The notes: generated by a model from the sequence alone, not told the origin. DNA of 64,000 bases from an uncultured cyanobacterium (GCA_963793265.1 CAWBZI010000002.1:608001-672000), one strand, 5' to 3'. Shown: positions 51,244 through 63,010, numbered from the stretch's first letter. Numbers and translations: made by a program.

Positions 51244-51975
51244 CTAGAAAACGGTAGGCGTGCCTTCTTCCTGCGGTAAAGGCGTATCTATCGTCGGAGA
51301 TGGCGGCGCATTGACGAGGTTTTCACTCAGCAGGCTAGGCTTACCGTCTGTATAGGCCCAAGCCTGACGATATAACAGCTCTAACTCGTTGCCCGAAAGC
51401 TGAAACATCTTGGCCTGACCAAATACAAAGCCCTGAAACAAGCGGTAAAAAGCTAAGCTCACAATCGCAATTACCAGACCCGCAGCGGTACTAATGAGCG
51501 CCTCGCCAATGCCCAAAGCAGTCCCGGCAGTCGCATCGCCTACGCCTAGATCGTTGAGGTTAATCGAGCCGAGCGAGTTGATCAAACCCACAACCGTTCC
51601 AAGCAAACCGAGCAAAGGGGAAAGGGCAATCACCGCTTCTAAAACCTTCTCGCCCCGGCGCATAATCGCCAGCTCTTCGTTAGCCGAAGTTTCTAGCGCC
51701 AGGCGAAACACCTCTGGGTCTTGGTCTTTGAGCTTGAGAGCACCTAACAAAAAGCGACCCATCGGTAGCCGACTGGCGCGCTGAGCAATTTGGGTTGCCG
51801 CTGACCATTCGCGCCGCGCTGCTTCTAGTACGCGCCCAGATACCTCACGCTCTCGGGTCAAAATTCTAGACCAAAACCAAATTCTTTCCATAATGGTGCC
51901 AAGTGCCAAAATAGATAGAAACAGCAGCGGCCACATTGCAATGCCGCCCTGCTGAAAGAGTTGCGAGATGTTCAC
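51244..51975 (-). CDS. exbB: MotA/TolQ/ExbB proton channel protein
   Basis: GGIAMWPL, SPLLGLLGTVVGLI, GIGEALISTAAGL. Confidence 0.9.
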   Translation of the reverse strand: MNISQLFQQGGIAMWPLLFLSILALGTIMERIWFWSRILTREREVSGRVLEAARREWSAATQIAQRASRLPMGRFLLGALKLKDQDPEVFRLALETSANEELAIMRRGEKVLEAVIALSPLLGLLGTVVGLINSLGSINLNDLGVGDATAGTALGIGEALISTAAGLVIAIVSLAFYRLFQGFVFGQAKMFQLSGNELELLYRQAWAYTDGKPSLLSENLVNAPPSPTIDTPLPQEEGTPTVF

Positions 51976-52185
51976 GAGCTACCTTCTCCTAACCGCCAAA
52001 ACACACCCTTCATTCATGGACTCTTTAAAGAGCCATAAAAAGTTTACGGGGTGCCGTATATTTTCTGAACCAGTGTAGTGCATATAGGGCTAACGCCCTC
52101 TACCTCATGTGCACTTTTTACGGCGGTTTATCGCATTAACAGTGCGAAATCCAGGTAATTTTAAGGCGTAATACTAGGCGTGATA

Positions 52186-53376
52186 CTAAGGCAGCATGTC
52201 TAGAATTTCGTTAGCAGCGCGATCGCACACCCCAACCGCACCCATCGCCGCTCTCATCTGCGCATAACCAGCTAACATCTGCTGCCGCTTACCCTCATTG
52301 GTCAAAAGCTCCAAAGCCGCACGGCTAATCTTCTCAGGCGTAGCATCCCACTGCAACAGTTCAGGCACAATCGGCTGATTTTCCATGAGGTTCACAGGCG
52401 ATACGTAGTCACCGGTAAATCGCACGATGTACTTAGCAATAAAACCTGTGAGGTTGCTCAACCGGTAGGTCACTACTTGAGGGACATTCATCAGGGCAAC
52501 TTCTAAGTTTGCGGTGCCTGACTTGTTGATGACTAAATCGGCAGCGGCGATCGCCGTTTGCCCCTTGCTCTTATCTAACAGTCTCGCATTCAGCCCATAT
52601 TCATCAACAGCTTCAGCAATCAGCTCTTTAAAGTCTGGTAGCGAAACTGGCACCAAGAATTTCACGTCCTGTTCCTGCTGAATTTTGCTTGCCGCCTCAA
52701 ACATTCTCGGCATGATGTACTTTAGCTCCTGCTGCCTGGAAGCAGGCAAAAGCGTCACAATCTGCTCATTAGCGTCAATCTGTAGCGCCGCGCGAGCCTC
52801 TGCTTTAGCCATCGGCTCGGCCAAAATATCTACCAGCGGATGACCAACCCAGCGCACGTTCGCCCCAGCTTTCTCATAGTACTTCGCCTCTTCTGGAAAA
52901 ATCGCTAGCAGCTTATCGCTGACATCTAGAATGTTTTGCGTGTCGGTCTTAGTCGAAAAAACCCACTGCTGCGGCGCGATGTAGTAGGCAATCGGCACCT
53001 CGGGCATATGCTTGCGCATAAACTTACCAACCGGAATATTCGGCCCCATATAGTCCAGCAGCACTAGCAAATCAGGTGGGTTATCTAACAGGTATTGATT
53101 AACCTGCTTTTGAGCCTCGCGCCCCTTTTTGTACATAGGCAGCGCTTCTAACAAACCAATGGCACTGAGCCTAACCGTATCTACCAAAATTTTAGCGCCC
53201 GCTTCTTCCATGCAGTGTCCGCCCACACCCAGTACAGAGAGGTTCAAACCCCGCTTTTGGGCCTGCCGGTAGAGCGCGTGAGTCAGCAGTCCGCCCTGCA
53301 AATCGCCAGAGACTTCGCCCGTATGAATAAATATCTGAGTTGCTTTTTCGGTCTTGTTTTCGGTTGAGACGCCCAT
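52186..53376 (-). CDS. lpxB: Lipid-A-disaccharide synthase
   Basis: GEVSGD, YYIAPQ.W, VGHPL, LLPASRQQE, KSGTANLE. Confidence 0.94.
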   Translation of the reverse strand: MGVSTENKTEKATQIFIHTGEVSGDLQGGLLTHALYRQAQKRGLNLSVLGVGGHCMEEAGAKILVDTVRLSAIGLLEALPMYKKGREAQKQVNQYLLDNPPDLLVLLDYMGPNIPVGKFMRKHMPEVPIAYYIAPQQWVFSTKTDTQNILDVSDKLLAIFPEEAKYYEKAGANVRWVGHPLVDILAEPMAKAEARAALQIDANEQIVTLLPASRQQELKYIMPRMFEAASKIQQEQDVKFLVPVSLPDFKELIAEAVDEYGLNARLLDKSKGQTAIAAADLVINKSGTANLEVALMNVPQVVTYRLSNLTGFIAKYIVRFTGDYVSPVNLMENQPIVPELLQWDATPEKISRAALELLTNEGKRQQMLAGYAQMRAAMGAVGVCDRAANEILDMLP

Positions 53377-54191
53377 TACTTCTTTCGTCCTGGCACTGGC
53401 CCTCGCCGCCCTTTCTCATGAGCAGACGCCTGCAAAAACTCGTACAGATACCGCACGTGCACGTTGTCAGCCATCGCCTCTAGCTTGCTAATCGCCTCTT
53501 CGAGCGTTAGCCCTGCTCGATAGAGAATGCGAAAGGCCTCTCTCAATTCCTTATACACCTGCCCGCCGCCCTCTTGAGCGATACCCGAGCGGCGCAGCAG
53601 CACTTGATTGAGCCCGCGTACTCTAGAAGGATTGCCCTCGACCATCGTGTAGGGCGGTACGTCGCGCTCAATCCGGCTCATGCCGCCGACCATGGCATAG
53701 CGGCCGATGTGCACAAACTGGTGTACGCCGACTAGGCCGCTGAGCCTGGCGTGAGACTCGATTTCGACATGGCCTGCGAGGGCAACTGAGTTGGCAATGA
53801 TGACCCGATCGGCGATCGCACAGTTATGGGCCACATGCGCGTACGCCATAATCAAATTGTGGTTGCCCAGCCGCGTCACCTCACCGAGCCGCGTCGGCCG
53901 GTTGATGGTGACGCACTCGCGAATGGCGTTATCGTCACCAATTTCAACCAGGCTCATAGACCCGTCATACTTGAGATCTTGAGGTTCTAGGCCGATCGCG
54001 GCATGAGGGAAAATGCGGTTGCGATCGCCAATTTTAGTAAAGCCATCAATCACCGCATGAGCGCCAATACTGGTATCTGCGCCCACCGTCACCTTTTCGC
54101 CGATGACCGCGTAGGGGCCGATCGTAGCGCTAGGATGCACCTGAGCGCCGCTGTGAATCACAGCCGTCGGATGAATGAGAGTAGTAGTCAA
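53376..54191 (-). CDS. lpxA: UDP-N-acetylglucosamine O-acyltransferase
   Basis: IHPTAVI hexapeptide repeats, PQDLKY, HVAHNC, VHQF; TTG 54191 with GGAGG SD preferred over 54299. Confidence 0.94.
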   Translation of the reverse strand: MTTTLIHPTAVIHSGAQVHPSATIGPYAVIGEKVTVGADTSIGAHAVIDGFTKIGDRNRIFPHAAIGLEPQDLKYDGSMSLVEIGDDNAIRECVTINRPTRLGEVTRLGNHNLIMAYAHVAHNCAIADRVIIANSVALAGHVEIESHARLSGLVGVHQFVHIGRYAMVGGMSRIERDVPPYTMVEGNPSRVRGLNQVLLRRSGIAQEGGGQVYKELREAFRILYRAGLTLEEAISKLEAMADNVHVRYLYEFLQASAHEKGRRGPVPGRKK

Positions 54192-54321
54192 AGCCGTGCC
54201 TCCAGCAGAGCCGCCGAATAATGAGGGCCCATAGCTGGGCATGTGAGCTGTCTGATGATTTGCCTTGTAAGCTGTCTGTGGCTGATTATTTTTAAGCATA
54301 CAAATGGCATAGGGTGACCTT

Positions 54322-54903
54322 TTAATCCACCACCGAAAACATCAAAATGCCTTCGCAGGCCAGGTGTCCATCCACCGTCGCCCGAGACTTCATTTTGCCA
54401 AAGCGTAACGCTTTAATGGTCACTAGCTCAGTCGTAATTACCAGCTGATCACCTGGCACCACAGGTCGCCTGAATTTTACTTTGTCAATACCTGCGAACA
54501 CGCACAGCCGACCGTCTACACCCGGCACCTGGCTTAGCACAATGCCGCCGACCTGGGCCATCGCCTCAACAATCAGCACTCCTGGCATAATAGGCCGACC
54601 TGGAAAGTGGCCCTGAAAGTGTGGCTCATTAAACGAAACGTTTTTAATCCCAACGGCCTTCTCGCCAGCTACATACTCAATAATCCGATCTACCAGGGCA
54701 AAGGGATAGCGGTGCGGCAAAAGCTGTTGAATTTCTTCGAGCGTGTAGGTGACTTTGGTCACCTCAGCACTGTCTGTAGTGCTGTCTGTAACGCTGTCTA
54801 CAGCGCCTGTTGAAGCTGTTTTCTCGGCGGTACCTTTCTCTGTAGAAGTTGCAGGAGCAACGCTTTTTGAAGATGCGGTGGAAGCGGGAGCACGGGTCGG
54901 CAT
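54322..54903 (-). CDS. fabZ: 3-hydroxyacyl-ACP dehydratase with low-complexity N-terminal extension
   Basis: [30 protein letters not shown]. Confidence 0.96.
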   Translation of the reverse strand: MPTRAPASTASSKSVAPATSTEKGTAEKTASTGAVDSVTDSTTDSAEVTKVTYTLEEIQQLLPHRYPFALVDRIIEYVAGEKAVGIKNVSFNEPHFQGHFPGRPIMPGVLIVEAMAQVGGIVLSQVPGVDGRLCVFAGIDKVKFRRPVVPGDQLVITTELVTIKALRFGKMKSRATVDGHLACEGILMFSVVD

Positions 54904-54980
54904 AAAAGTTAAGTCGTAGCGGCGCGGGGTCAGCGTTGTACAAAACCCTTTCCGATTTTGCCATTAGACGGTGCTTGACG

Positions 54981-55886
54981 CTACGAAGAAGTCGAAATTA
55001 GCTTTTTAGCGAGCGCTACGTGCAGCGCATGGCTAGCTTTGTAGGCAACATAATGAGCTGTTGGAATATCGCCCAGTAGGCTCAAATCACCAATTAAATC
55101 AAGCAGCTTGTGCCGCGCGGGTTCATTATCAAAGCGCAGCGGTGGATTTAGCCAGCCCTGCTCGCCGCAGACGAGAGCGTTTTCTAGGCTACCGCCTTTG
55201 ATCAGCCCTTGAGCCCGCAGATAGTCAATTTGGTGCGCTAGGCCGAACGTGCGAGCAGGCGCAATATCTACTGCAAAACTATCAGCCATATTGCCTTTTG
55301 CGCCTTCATTAGCAGCAGACCAGCTATGCCACTGGTTACCAATCGCGGCCAGATCGAAGTCAATACCGTAGGTAAAGCGCAGCTCGCTACTAGGGAAAGC
55401 GGTGACTAGCGCGTCTTCAGACTGTACGGAGATTGGCTGAGTTACGGCTAAAGGCGTTTGCCTGGAAGCTGACTGAGGCTGCGTGCCGGTAGCGGCGATC
55501 GCTACCATCCATTCCTTAGCCGAACCGTCCAACAGCGGCAGCTCTGGCCCATCTATCTCAATTCGCACATTATCAACGCCCGTAGCCACCAGGGCCGAAA
55601 GCAAATGCTCTACCGTCCTTACCTGCGCCTCGCCTACGCCTAGCTCAGTGGAAAGCTGCGTCTTGATCACGTTCGCAATCTCTGCGGCAATTTGCGGGCT
55701 ACCGGCTAGATCGGTACGGACAAAATATCGCCCTTCGCCGGGCTCAGCAGGCCGCAAGCGTACGGTGGTTTGCGCGCCTAAGTGCAGCCCAACGCCACTA
55801 GCGATCGCCTCACCAGCTAAGGTGTGCTGCACCGCACCTTTGCCCGCTGAGGCTTCAGGCGCATTAACTAATAAAGCGTCTGCCAT
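54981..55886 (-). CDS. lpxC: UDP-3-O-acyl-GlcNAc deacetylase
   Basis: [27 protein letters not shown]. Confidence 0.95.
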   Translation of the reverse strand: MADALLVNAPEASAGKGAVQHTLAGEAIASGVGLHLGAQTTVRLRPAEPGEGRYFVRTDLAGSPQIAAEIANVIKTQLSTELGVGEAQVRTVEHLLSALVATGVDNVRIEIDGPELPLLDGSAKEWMVAIAATGTQPQSASRQTPLAVTQPISVQSEDALVTAFPSSELRFTYGIDFDLAAIGNQWHSWSAANEGAKGNMADSFAVDIAPARTFGLAHQIDYLRAQGLIKGGSLENALVCGEQGWLNPPLRFDNEPARHKLLDLIGDLSLLGDIPTAHYVAYKASHALHVALAKKLISTSS

Positions 55887-58366
55887 TAGAACCGTTCTCC
55901 AAAGCCAAAGTGAAAGCGACTGCCCTCTTCACTCAAACCATAGTCTAATCGTAGTGCGCCCAGCGGTGTTTGCACTCGAACACCCGCACCATAGCCGAAG
56001 CCACTGCCGTCCTTACCGCGATCGCCCGCTGGGTCGCCCGGCACGTTATCACCTGTGCCCAAGTCAGTACCGTAGTCTGCAAACAGTGCGCCATTCAAAA
56101 ACTCAGTAAATAGCGGAAAGCGATACTCTGCCGTTGCGAGCACAAACGATGTACCTGCGCCAACTTCGCCCTCTTCAAAGCCACGAACTGAATTACCACC
56201 GCCCAGCGGAAAAGCCTCATAGGGTGGAATTTCACCAATTGCCGTACCACCTTGCAAATTAAAGGCAAGCGTTTCACCGCGATCCGAATTGAAGAAGTTG
56301 ACCGGCACATACTGACTATAGCTAGCAGTCAGTTTGTTGTAGAAAATGCTGCCGCTACCAACGGGCACCGACTGCTCTGTCCCCAAACGAAGTAAACTAC
56401 CGCTGGTTGGCGCTAGCGCATTGTTTCGTCTATCTAGTACCGCACCAAACTGCACCGTGAACAAATCATCTCGCCCGCTAGAGCTAGCCGTCAGCGGATT
56501 GCCTGCCGCATCAACTGCGTTCACATCACCGTCAGAATCTAGTACAGCAACGCGCTCATACTGCGTTCCTAAAGACAGCGACAAGCCATTGTCTAGCGGG
56601 CGAGAGAAGCTAATACCCGTACCCAAGCGGTTGATTCTGGGCGTATCGCCCGCATCCAAATCGTCGGGGTTATCAGGATCAGGCAGGTCAATTTCTGTAT
56701 CGCCACCATCAAAAATTAGCGAGGTTGAGCGGCGGTTGAATAAGCTTGTGGTGTAGGAGGTTCGGTAGGGATCGCCTGCAATCCAAGGATCAGTGAAGCC
56801 AATGTCGAACAGAAAGTCGCCTCGGGTGGTGACGCGGCCTTCAGTTCTGAGCTTTTGGTTGTTGCCGCCAAAGTTGTCTTCGTTATAGCTAAGCTGACCA
56901 AACAAATCGCCGCGTAAGTTAAAGCCCAAAGATGCACCGATAGAGCCCGTGTCGCGTTCAGCGACGCTGACAATTAGCTTTACCTTACGCGGGTCTTCGT
57001 CACCGGGGTCAAACGAAAGCCGAATATCTTCAAAAATGCCTAAGCCAAAGGCATTACCCACATCTCTTTGAATATCTTGTTCTCTAAACACGTCGCCTGG
57101 CTCAGTTTCAAACTCACGAGTGACAATAAAGTCGCGGGTTTTACCCCCGATCGGATCGCCATCTTCATCAGTGGTATTACCATCAGGGTCAATAAAGCGC
57201 ACCTCAATCGACTCAATTTCACCTTCTGCGACAATCAGCGTCACTTCACCGTCCTCAGAAATCTGCGGTGCAGCCGTCACCTGAGCGAGCACATAGCCAT
57301 TTTCTTGATACCAGTCATTCAAGTCCAGCACGGCATCTTGAAAATTGCGCAGGTTCAAAGTTTCGTTATACTGATCGCCAAAAATCTCATCGATTGTCTC
57401 GTCGGTAAGCACCTGACGATTGCGTACGTCTACATTGGTCAATACCGGGTTAGGTTCTACAAAGTAGGTGACCTTCACACCCAGAGGCGTATCTTCAGGC
57501 TCAGCGCGGACGTTTGAGAAAAAGCCGGTGCTAAAAATGCTGTTGATGTCCGTTTGAAGCTGAGTGCGCGTCGTGGTTCTACCGGGCACGGTGCCGACCG
57601 AGCGATATACCGCGTCAATGAGTTCGTCGGTCAGAGGTCGCTCGTTGCTCGAAACGACATCGACTTCAGAGACTAAAACGCGAGTTTCGGCAGGCGCTTC
57701 GCTTTCCTCTGTATCGGGCGCTTGACCAGGTGCCTGATTGGGCGCTTGATTGGGCGTATCGCTATCAGGCACCGGAATCGCGTTATTTGGAACAGAAGGC
57801 GTAGGCGGCTGTTCTATTTGAATATCGACTTCGCCGTCATCTGGATTGATCTCGTCGCCAAACTCTTCTTCAAGCTCGTCGTCTATTGGCCCTTCATTCA
57901 CATCTGGGTTGAGCGGATCGTCAAGCAGAACGTCGTCTGTCGAGTCATCATCATTGGCCTCGATTCCTGAGTCTTCGTCGGTATCATCAATTTGAATTTC
58001 AATATCTGGCTCCTGCCGCCTTTCTATCTGTCGGTCAGCAGGCGGCACTGGCAGCACAGGGTTACCCACAGGCGAGCTTTCTGCCTGCGCGGTCTGAACG
58101 GGCTCAAGCGCGGTTGCTGGCGGTTGCTTAGAGGCACCTTGGAGCAGCCTGGATAAAGACACCGTAGGCTCTAGATGCTGCTCCACCATCGGCTCTAAGC
58201 GAGTCCCTTCTGAAGCGGGTGCTGCTTGAGCGAGATGAAGCGTGGCTTCATCTGTATGAGATATATTAGAGGTGCTAGCGGCCTCAGAAGATTCAGCCGC
58301 TTGGCTTGGTAAACCTGCGATCGCAACCAAACTACAGCAGGCCAACAGAGCCGGGGAAACACGCAT
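55886..58366 (-). CDS. bamA: Omp85/BamA outer membrane assembly protein
   Basis: Acidic Pro-rich N-terminus, POTRA repeats, [10 protein letters not shown]-terminal FGFGERF; ATG 58366 with AAAGGA SD. Confidence 0.92.
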   Translation of the reverse strand: MRVSPALLACCSLVAIAGLPSQAAESSEAASTSNISHTDEATLHLAQAAPASEGTRLEPMVEQHLEPTVSLSRLLQGASKQPPATALEPVQTAQAESSPVGNPVLPVPPADRQIERRQEPDIEIQIDDTDEDSGIEANDDDSTDDVLLDDPLNPDVNEGPIDDELEEEFGDEINPDDGEVDIQIEQPPTPSVPNNAIPVPDSDTPNQAPNQAPGQAPDTEESEAPAETRVLVSEVDVVSSNERPLTDELIDAVYRSVGTVPGRTTTRTQLQTDINSIFSTGFFSNVRAEPEDTPLGVKVTYFVEPNPVLTNVDVRNRQVLTDETIDEIFGDQYNETLNLRNFQDAVLDLNDWYQENGYVLAQVTAAPQISEDGEVTLIVAEGEIESIEVRFIDPDGNTTDEDGDPIGGKTRDFIVTREFETEPGDVFREQDIQRDVGNAFGLGIFEDIRLSFDPGDEDPRKVKLIVSVAERDTGSIGASLGFNLRGDLFGQLSYNEDNFGGNNQKLRTEGRVTTRGDFLFDIGFTDPWIAGDPYRTSYTTSLFNRRSTSLIFDGGDTEIDLPDPDNPDDLDAGDTPRINRLGTGISFSRPLDNGLSLSLGTQYERVAVLDSDGDVNAVDAAGNPLTASSSGRDDLFTVQFGAVLDRRNNALAPTSGSLLRLGTEQSVPVGSGSIFYNKLTASYSQYVPVNFFNSDRGETLAFNLQGGTAIGEIPPYEAFPLGGGNSVRGFEEGEVGAGTSFVLATAEYRFPLFTEFLNGALFADYGTDLGTGDNVPGDPAGDRGKDGSGFGYGAGVRVQTPLGALRLDYGLSEEGSRFHFGFGERF

Positions 58367-58625
58367 AACCAGTAAATCCTTTATTAAGTCCACTTCCTCA
58401 CCACACCTTCGTCATGCACTTTCGCGCGCTATCACGGAGTTTTGCACCTCAAGGTGCGCCTATCCGAGGCCAAAACAGCCTGGAATAGATTAATTTCAAT
58501 CGATACTACCGCACTGCTGAGCGCACCATGAAAATTCACTGTGCCAGAACTGAAGCCTGCACTTGCGTATTGAAAATTAGCTCAACTCAGTAGCTTTTTG
58601 GCTAGGCACGTATACAAGGCTACCG

Positions 58626-59372
58626 TTATTTTTCCGTAAGCTGGCTCAATATCCGATCAAGCACGGCCTGATAGCCTGCGGCCACGTCGCCCAAATCTTG
58701 CCGAAAGCGATCCTTGTCCATCACTCGTTTGCGCTCGTCAGCTTCAGTCGCATCCCATAGGCGACAGGTGTCGGGGCTAATTTCATCGGCGAGCAGTAGG
58801 GTGCCTTGCTGATCGACACCGAACTCTAGTTTGAAGTCAACGAGCGTAATATCGCAGCTTGCAAAGAACTCACTGAGTACGCTGTTCACCGTTTGGGCTT
58901 TGCTGACGAGCTGATCGAGCTGTTCGGCGGGGGCAATATTCATGGCAAAGATGCGATCGCGCGTCAGCAGTGGATCGCCCAAATCATCATTCTTGTAGTA
59001 AAACTCCACCAGGGACGGTTCCAGCTTTGTCCCTAGCGCAATCCCCGTTTGCTTACAAAGGCTACCGGCAGCGATATTGCGCACCACGACTTCTAGCGGC
59101 ACGATATCGACACGCTTTACGCGCATCGTGCGATCGCCAGTCGTTTCTAACAGATGAGTCGCAACCCCCTTTCTCTCTAACAGCCTGTATAAGTGCGTCG
59201 TCACCTTGCAGTTAATCACACCCTTATTTACAATCTGCCCTTTCTTCTGCGCATTAAAGGCCGTTGCATCATCCTTAAAGTAGGTCACTAAAACCTCTGG
59301 ATCATCTGTGGCGTAGATGATTTTGGCCTTGCCTTCGTACAGCTTGCGGTCTTCTTGTAAGGCGTCAGTCAT
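58626..59372 (-). CDS. purC: SAICAR synthetase
   Basis: YEGKAK, PLEVVVRN.AAGS, VDFKLEFG, ADEISPDTCRLWD, DKDRFR; ATG 59372. Confidence 0.96.
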   Translation of the reverse strand: MTDALQEDRKLYEGKAKIIYATDDPEVLVTYFKDDATAFNAQKKGQIVNKGVINCKVTTHLYRLLERKGVATHLLETTGDRTMRVKRVDIVPLEVVVRNIAAGSLCKQTGIALGTKLEPSLVEFYYKNDDLGDPLLTRDRIFAMNIAPAEQLDQLVSKAQTVNSVLSEFFASCDITLVDFKLEFGVDQQGTLLLADEISPDTCRLWDATEADERKRVMDKDRFRQDLGDVAAGYQAVLDRILSQLTEK

Positions 59373-59652
59373 GGGGCAGCTAAAAATAAATGAGAGCAAC
59401 CTGCCCATTATTACGGCAAACCACGGCAACAACACAACTTTCGTGATGTCACTTGCAAAAACGCTCTTCGCACAAGTGACTAGGCGAACAGTCAGTCCAT
59501 AATTTCTTTCGTGGTTAGCGTAACTTTTTGAGCAAAGGGAGGCACAGGTAGCGGCGCTACAGTTCCTCACGAGTCGAAGGCGGTTGTCGAGGCCGACATA
59601 AAAGAAAAATTCCTCATGCTCGCATTCATAGCTTTGATGATGTTGCGAGTGA

Positions 59653-59955
59653 TTAAGCGACCTTTTGGTCGGCGCTGGTGAACTTCATGCCAATGCCCAT
59701 TGCCCGCAATACACAGAGCAGACTCGACAGTGTTGGATTACCATCTCCTGAGAGCATCTTGTACATACTTTGTCGATTGAGATCAGTGATGTTAGCGAGT
59801 ACACCTATGCCACCATGTGCTTCAGCAACATTCCTCAATGCCAATAAAAACTCATCTGTAGATTTCTCTTCAATCGCCGCTGAAAGGTACTCAGCAGCTA
59901 TTTCTGGATCTTGCAACTGTTCAAACAAAAATTCGCTGTAGTTCTTAGTTGACAT
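59653..59955 (-). CDS. HigA-like addiction module antidote (HTH)
   Basis: DPEIAAEYLSAA..ALRNVAEAHGG..LNRQSMYKMLS..GNPTL; ATG 59955. Confidence 0.88.
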   Translation of the reverse strand: MSTKNYSEFLFEQLQDPEIAAEYLSAAIEEKSTDEFLLALRNVAEAHGGIGVLANITDLNRQSMYKMLSGDGNPTLSSLLCVLRAMGIGMKFTSADQKVA

Positions 59956-60281
59956 TTTCTTGATACTCCTTCTAGTATTGGTGAGCGATAACAATATCTT
60001 TTTTCTGAGAACTTTTGTCTCCGGCACTCAAGAGGATAACTAGCTGCTCGTTAGCAATTCCAAAGTAAACACGATAGCCAGGGCCGCACTGAACACGCAG
60101 CTCATAGACGCCATTACCAACACTGCGACAGTTGCCAAAGTTCCCGAGTCGAACGCGGTCAATTCGCTGAAGAATTCGAGCGATCGCACGTTATGTCTTT
60201 GAGATTTTGAAGCCAGTCCTCAAAAGGAATTTTGCCTTCTAGCGTTTCGTAACTCTCAACAGTTCTTAGTACAGCATCCAT
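59945..60281 (-). pseudogene. HigB/RelE-like addiction module toxin, inactivated
   Basis: Manual translation MDAVLRTVESYETLEGKIPFEDWLQNLKD / RAIARILQRIDRVRLGNFG..GVYELRV..GPGYRVYFG..GDKSSQ; 1-nt frameshift near 60192 and in-frame TAG at 59972-59974. Confidence 0.88.
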
Positions 60282-60316
60282 AGCAACAGTGTCGCATGAA
60301 TACGACACTGTTGCTA
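60281..60316. promoter_or_regulatory. Inverted repeat at the toxin start (likely antitoxin operator)
   Basis: Perfect 14-bp arms TAGCAACAGTGTCG / CGACACTGTTGCTA with 8-nt spacer. Confidence 0.65.
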
Positions 60317-60367
60317 AGAGTTTGATTGTGTAAGCGATGGTCTTTTAACTAAAACGTTCCTCACCGC

Positions 60368-62971
60368 TTACTTCGTCGTCATCACATGTACACCATCCCA
60401 GTCAGCAGCGAGCGGGCGCTGAATATATTCCTGTGCCCGTTCCAAATGCAGGGAAACCGCTAAGTCGTCAGGCCGCATGGCTAAGGCTGCGTCAAAGCAG
60501 GAAATAGCAAGGTGGAAGGATTTAGCTTTGTAGGCTTCGCGGCCTTGGGTGTAAAGATCTAGGAAATTTTCGGTGTCTGAAGAGAGCGGGTGGGCGCGAT
60601 CGCCTATCAGCTCATAAATTTTCACCGGCTTCAGTTTCCCTTTCACCCGAATCAAATCCAGCTCGCGCACCCAAATCTTGTCATGGCAAAGCTCATACGT
60701 ATGCTCGCTGAGCACAATATCACAGCCGTACTGCTTGGTAATACTCTCTAGCCGAGCGCTCAAGTTCACCCCATCGCCAATCACGGTATAGTCCATTTTG
60801 CGCTGAGAGCCAATATTTCCTGATACCACTTCTCCCGAGCTAAGACCAATCCCAATTCGCAGCTCAGGCTGTCCTTTTTCGCGACGATCGCGGTTGAACA
60901 CCACTAGACGCTGCCGCATATCCAGCGCCGACTTCACCCCCGACCAGGCATGGTTACTCAATGGCAGCGGCGCGCCAAACACCGCCATCAGCGCATCGCC
61001 AATAAACTTGTCCAACGTGCCTTCACAGTGAAACACCGACTCCACCATCGTCTCGAAATATTCATTCAGCATAGACACCACATCCGAAGCCTCTAGCGCC
61101 TCGGTCAAGGTGGTATAGCCGCGAATATCAGAAAACAGCACTGTCACATCCTTACGCTCACCCACCATCAGCACGTCTTCACCTAAAGCCATCACCCGCT
61201 CAGCCACACTCGGCGTCATATACCGATACAGCGTCGTCTTCATCCGCTTCTCCTGACTAATATCTTCCAATACCACCAGGCCCCCACGCACACCCCCATT
61301 CGGATCGCTCAACGGACTTACCGTTAGGTTAATACTTCGGTTCCAACCCATCACCGACTCAGGCGCGTATAGCCGATCGCCCGAGCCCCATAGCAAATAC
61401 TCATCGCCATCTGGCACTACTAGCACACACTGCTCAGGCATCGAACGTCTGCTATATTCAGCCACCTGCACTTCAGCCGGATAGCTCAGCGCGGTCGAAG
61501 CGACAGTTACCGTCAAAGACTGCTCGGGTACATAGTGACGCGCCCCGCTTTGCAGACTATCCTCTAGTCGAAATCTCAGTTGCTCTAAAGGCAGCACATC
61601 CCAAAGGCACCGACCGAGCAAAGCTTCATGCCAAAGGCGGCCGACAACGCCGTTTATACGCTGCTCTGCATCCTCATTGACACCCGGCCCCAAATCAGTA
61701 AAGTCCCCAGTTGGACAGCCTAACAGCTTCAGCGCAGCCTCGTTAATGGTGACAATTCGCCCGGCCATATCGGTTGAAATTACGGCATCAGAAAGACTCT
61801 CTAAAATGTCTTTTTGGTATTGTTTTTCTAACGAAATCTCTTGGAATAGCTGAGCGTTTTCTAACGCAATACCGGCTTGCGTATTAAACGCTCGCATGAA
61901 AGATTCGTCTAGCTGCGTAAACTGCCCCTGCACTTTGTTAATGAGCTGGCTTACGCCAATCAGCTTGCCGCCAGAGTTAAACACGGGCATACACAAAATA
62001 TTGCGTGTTCGATAGCCTGTCTTCAAGTCAGATGATACGTCGAAGCGCGCGTCGCGATAGGCATCTAAAATGTTCAGCGTCTCGGCAGTGGTGGCTACAT
62101 GTCCCACAATTCCTTTATCAGCAGGCAGTCGCAAATTAATCAGCCGACCACCATCAGCGCTTTGCACCTGCGACCACAGCTCGTTTTTGGCCTCGTCTAT
62201 TAGCCAAAGGGTACTTCTGTCGGCCTGCATCAGATTACGCGCAGCGGCCATCACCGATTGCAGCGTCACGGTTAAGTTCAGGCTTTGCTCCATTGAAGAG
62301 ATGGCTTTGAGCAGTGCGGCTACGCCTTTTTGGTTACGCGCGGCCCGGTAAAAAGACTGGCAGCTTTCGAGTAAAACACCGATAGAGGGTGCGAACCTGG
62401 CAAAGCGGGCTTCGTCATCAGCCGAGAAGGGAGCGGTGCCGACTTTGTTGAGGAGCTGAGCGATCGCAACCACCCTTTGCTCACTATCCACCACCGGCAT
62501 ACACAAAATATTGCGTGTCCGATAGCCGGTCTGCCGGTCTGTAGCATCGCTAAACCGCGAGTCTGCATAGGCATCAGGAATATTAAGCACCTGCCCTGTT
62601 GTTGCCACAAAACCAGCGATCCCTTTATTCAACGGCAGCCTAATTTCCAGTCCGCCTGTGCCACCTGTGCCCTGTGCCACCTTACTCCACAGCTCCTGCC
62701 GGTCTTCATCCACTACAAAGATCGTCGTACGATCTGCCTGCAAAATCTGACCTATTTTGAGCGTAAACGTCTCTAACAGCTCATCTAGCATTGGCTCTAG
62801 CGACTGATTATTGATTAAGTCAATCACCTTGAGAAATTGCTTAAAATCGCGAGTTGTTCGCTCTAGAAAGTGAATGAAATCAGGAATCGAGAGATCTTCA
62901 ACCCGCTCAGCCAAACGGCCATGGTTTTGCTGAGAAAGGGCCGAGAAAACACTGCTTGTTGACTGAGCCAT
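60368..62971 (-). CDS. cyaB: GAF-GAF-PAS class III adenylate cyclase (CyaB-type)
   Basis: Two GAF domains with NK..F...D(E) motifs, FSDIRGYT, DKFIGDALMAVFG, YTVIGDGVNLSARLE. Confidence 0.9.
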   Translation of the reverse strand: MAQSTSSVFSALSQQNHGRLAERVEDLSIPDFIHFLERTTRDFKQFLKVIDLINNQSLEPMLDELLETFTLKIGQILQADRTTIFVVDEDRQELWSKVAQGTGGTGGLEIRLPLNKGIAGFVATTGQVLNIPDAYADSRFSDATDRQTGYRTRNILCMPVVDSEQRVVAIAQLLNKVGTAPFSADDEARFARFAPSIGVLLESCQSFYRAARNQKGVAALLKAISSMEQSLNLTVTLQSVMAAARNLMQADRSTLWLIDEAKNELWSQVQSADGGRLINLRLPADKGIVGHVATTAETLNILDAYRDARFDVSSDLKTGYRTRNILCMPVFNSGGKLIGVSQLINKVQGQFTQLDESFMRAFNTQAGIALENAQLFQEISLEKQYQKDILESLSDAVISTDMAGRIVTINEAALKLLGCPTGDFTDLGPGVNEDAEQRINGVVGRLWHEALLGRCLWDVLPLEQLRFRLEDSLQSGARHYVPEQSLTVTVASTALSYPAEVQVAEYSRRSMPEQCVLVVPDGDEYLLWGSGDRLYAPESVMGWNRSINLTVSPLSDPNGGVRGGLVVLEDISQEKRMKTTLYRYMTPSVAERVMALGEDVLMVGERKDVTVLFSDIRGYTTLTEALEASDVVSMLNEYFETMVESVFHCEGTLDKFIGDALMAVFGAPLPLSNHAWSGVKSALDMRQRLVVFNRDRREKGQPELRIGIGLSSGEVVSGNIGSQRKMDYTVIGDGVNLSARLESITKQYGCDIVLSEHTYELCHDKIWVRELDLIRVKGKLKPVKIYELIGDRAHPLSSDTENFLDLYTQGREAYKAKSFHLAISCFDAALAMRPDDLAVSLHLERAQEYIQRPLAADWDGVHVMTTK

Positions 62972-63010
62972 GATTGCTATTTTTAACCGAAGAGGGTAGG
63001 CACCACATCA

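Noticed and set aside
52016..52036. Palindrome ATGGACTCTTTAAAGAGCCAT upstream of exbB
   Set aside because: Single short AT-centred palindrome with no match to a known operator; could be chance
59448..59550. ZMP/ZTP riboswitch-like string GTGACTAGGCGAACAG and a hairpin upstream of purC
   Set aside because: On the strand opposite purC, and the GUGG..CCAC stem and 3' CGCCUGGGC element are missing
59373..59570. Long N-terminal extensions in ORF-track calls (purC; likewise sufR, sufS, cobN, lpxA, guaA, higA)
   Set aside because: Family similarity begins at downstream starts, several with SD sequences; extensions look like longest-ORF artefacts
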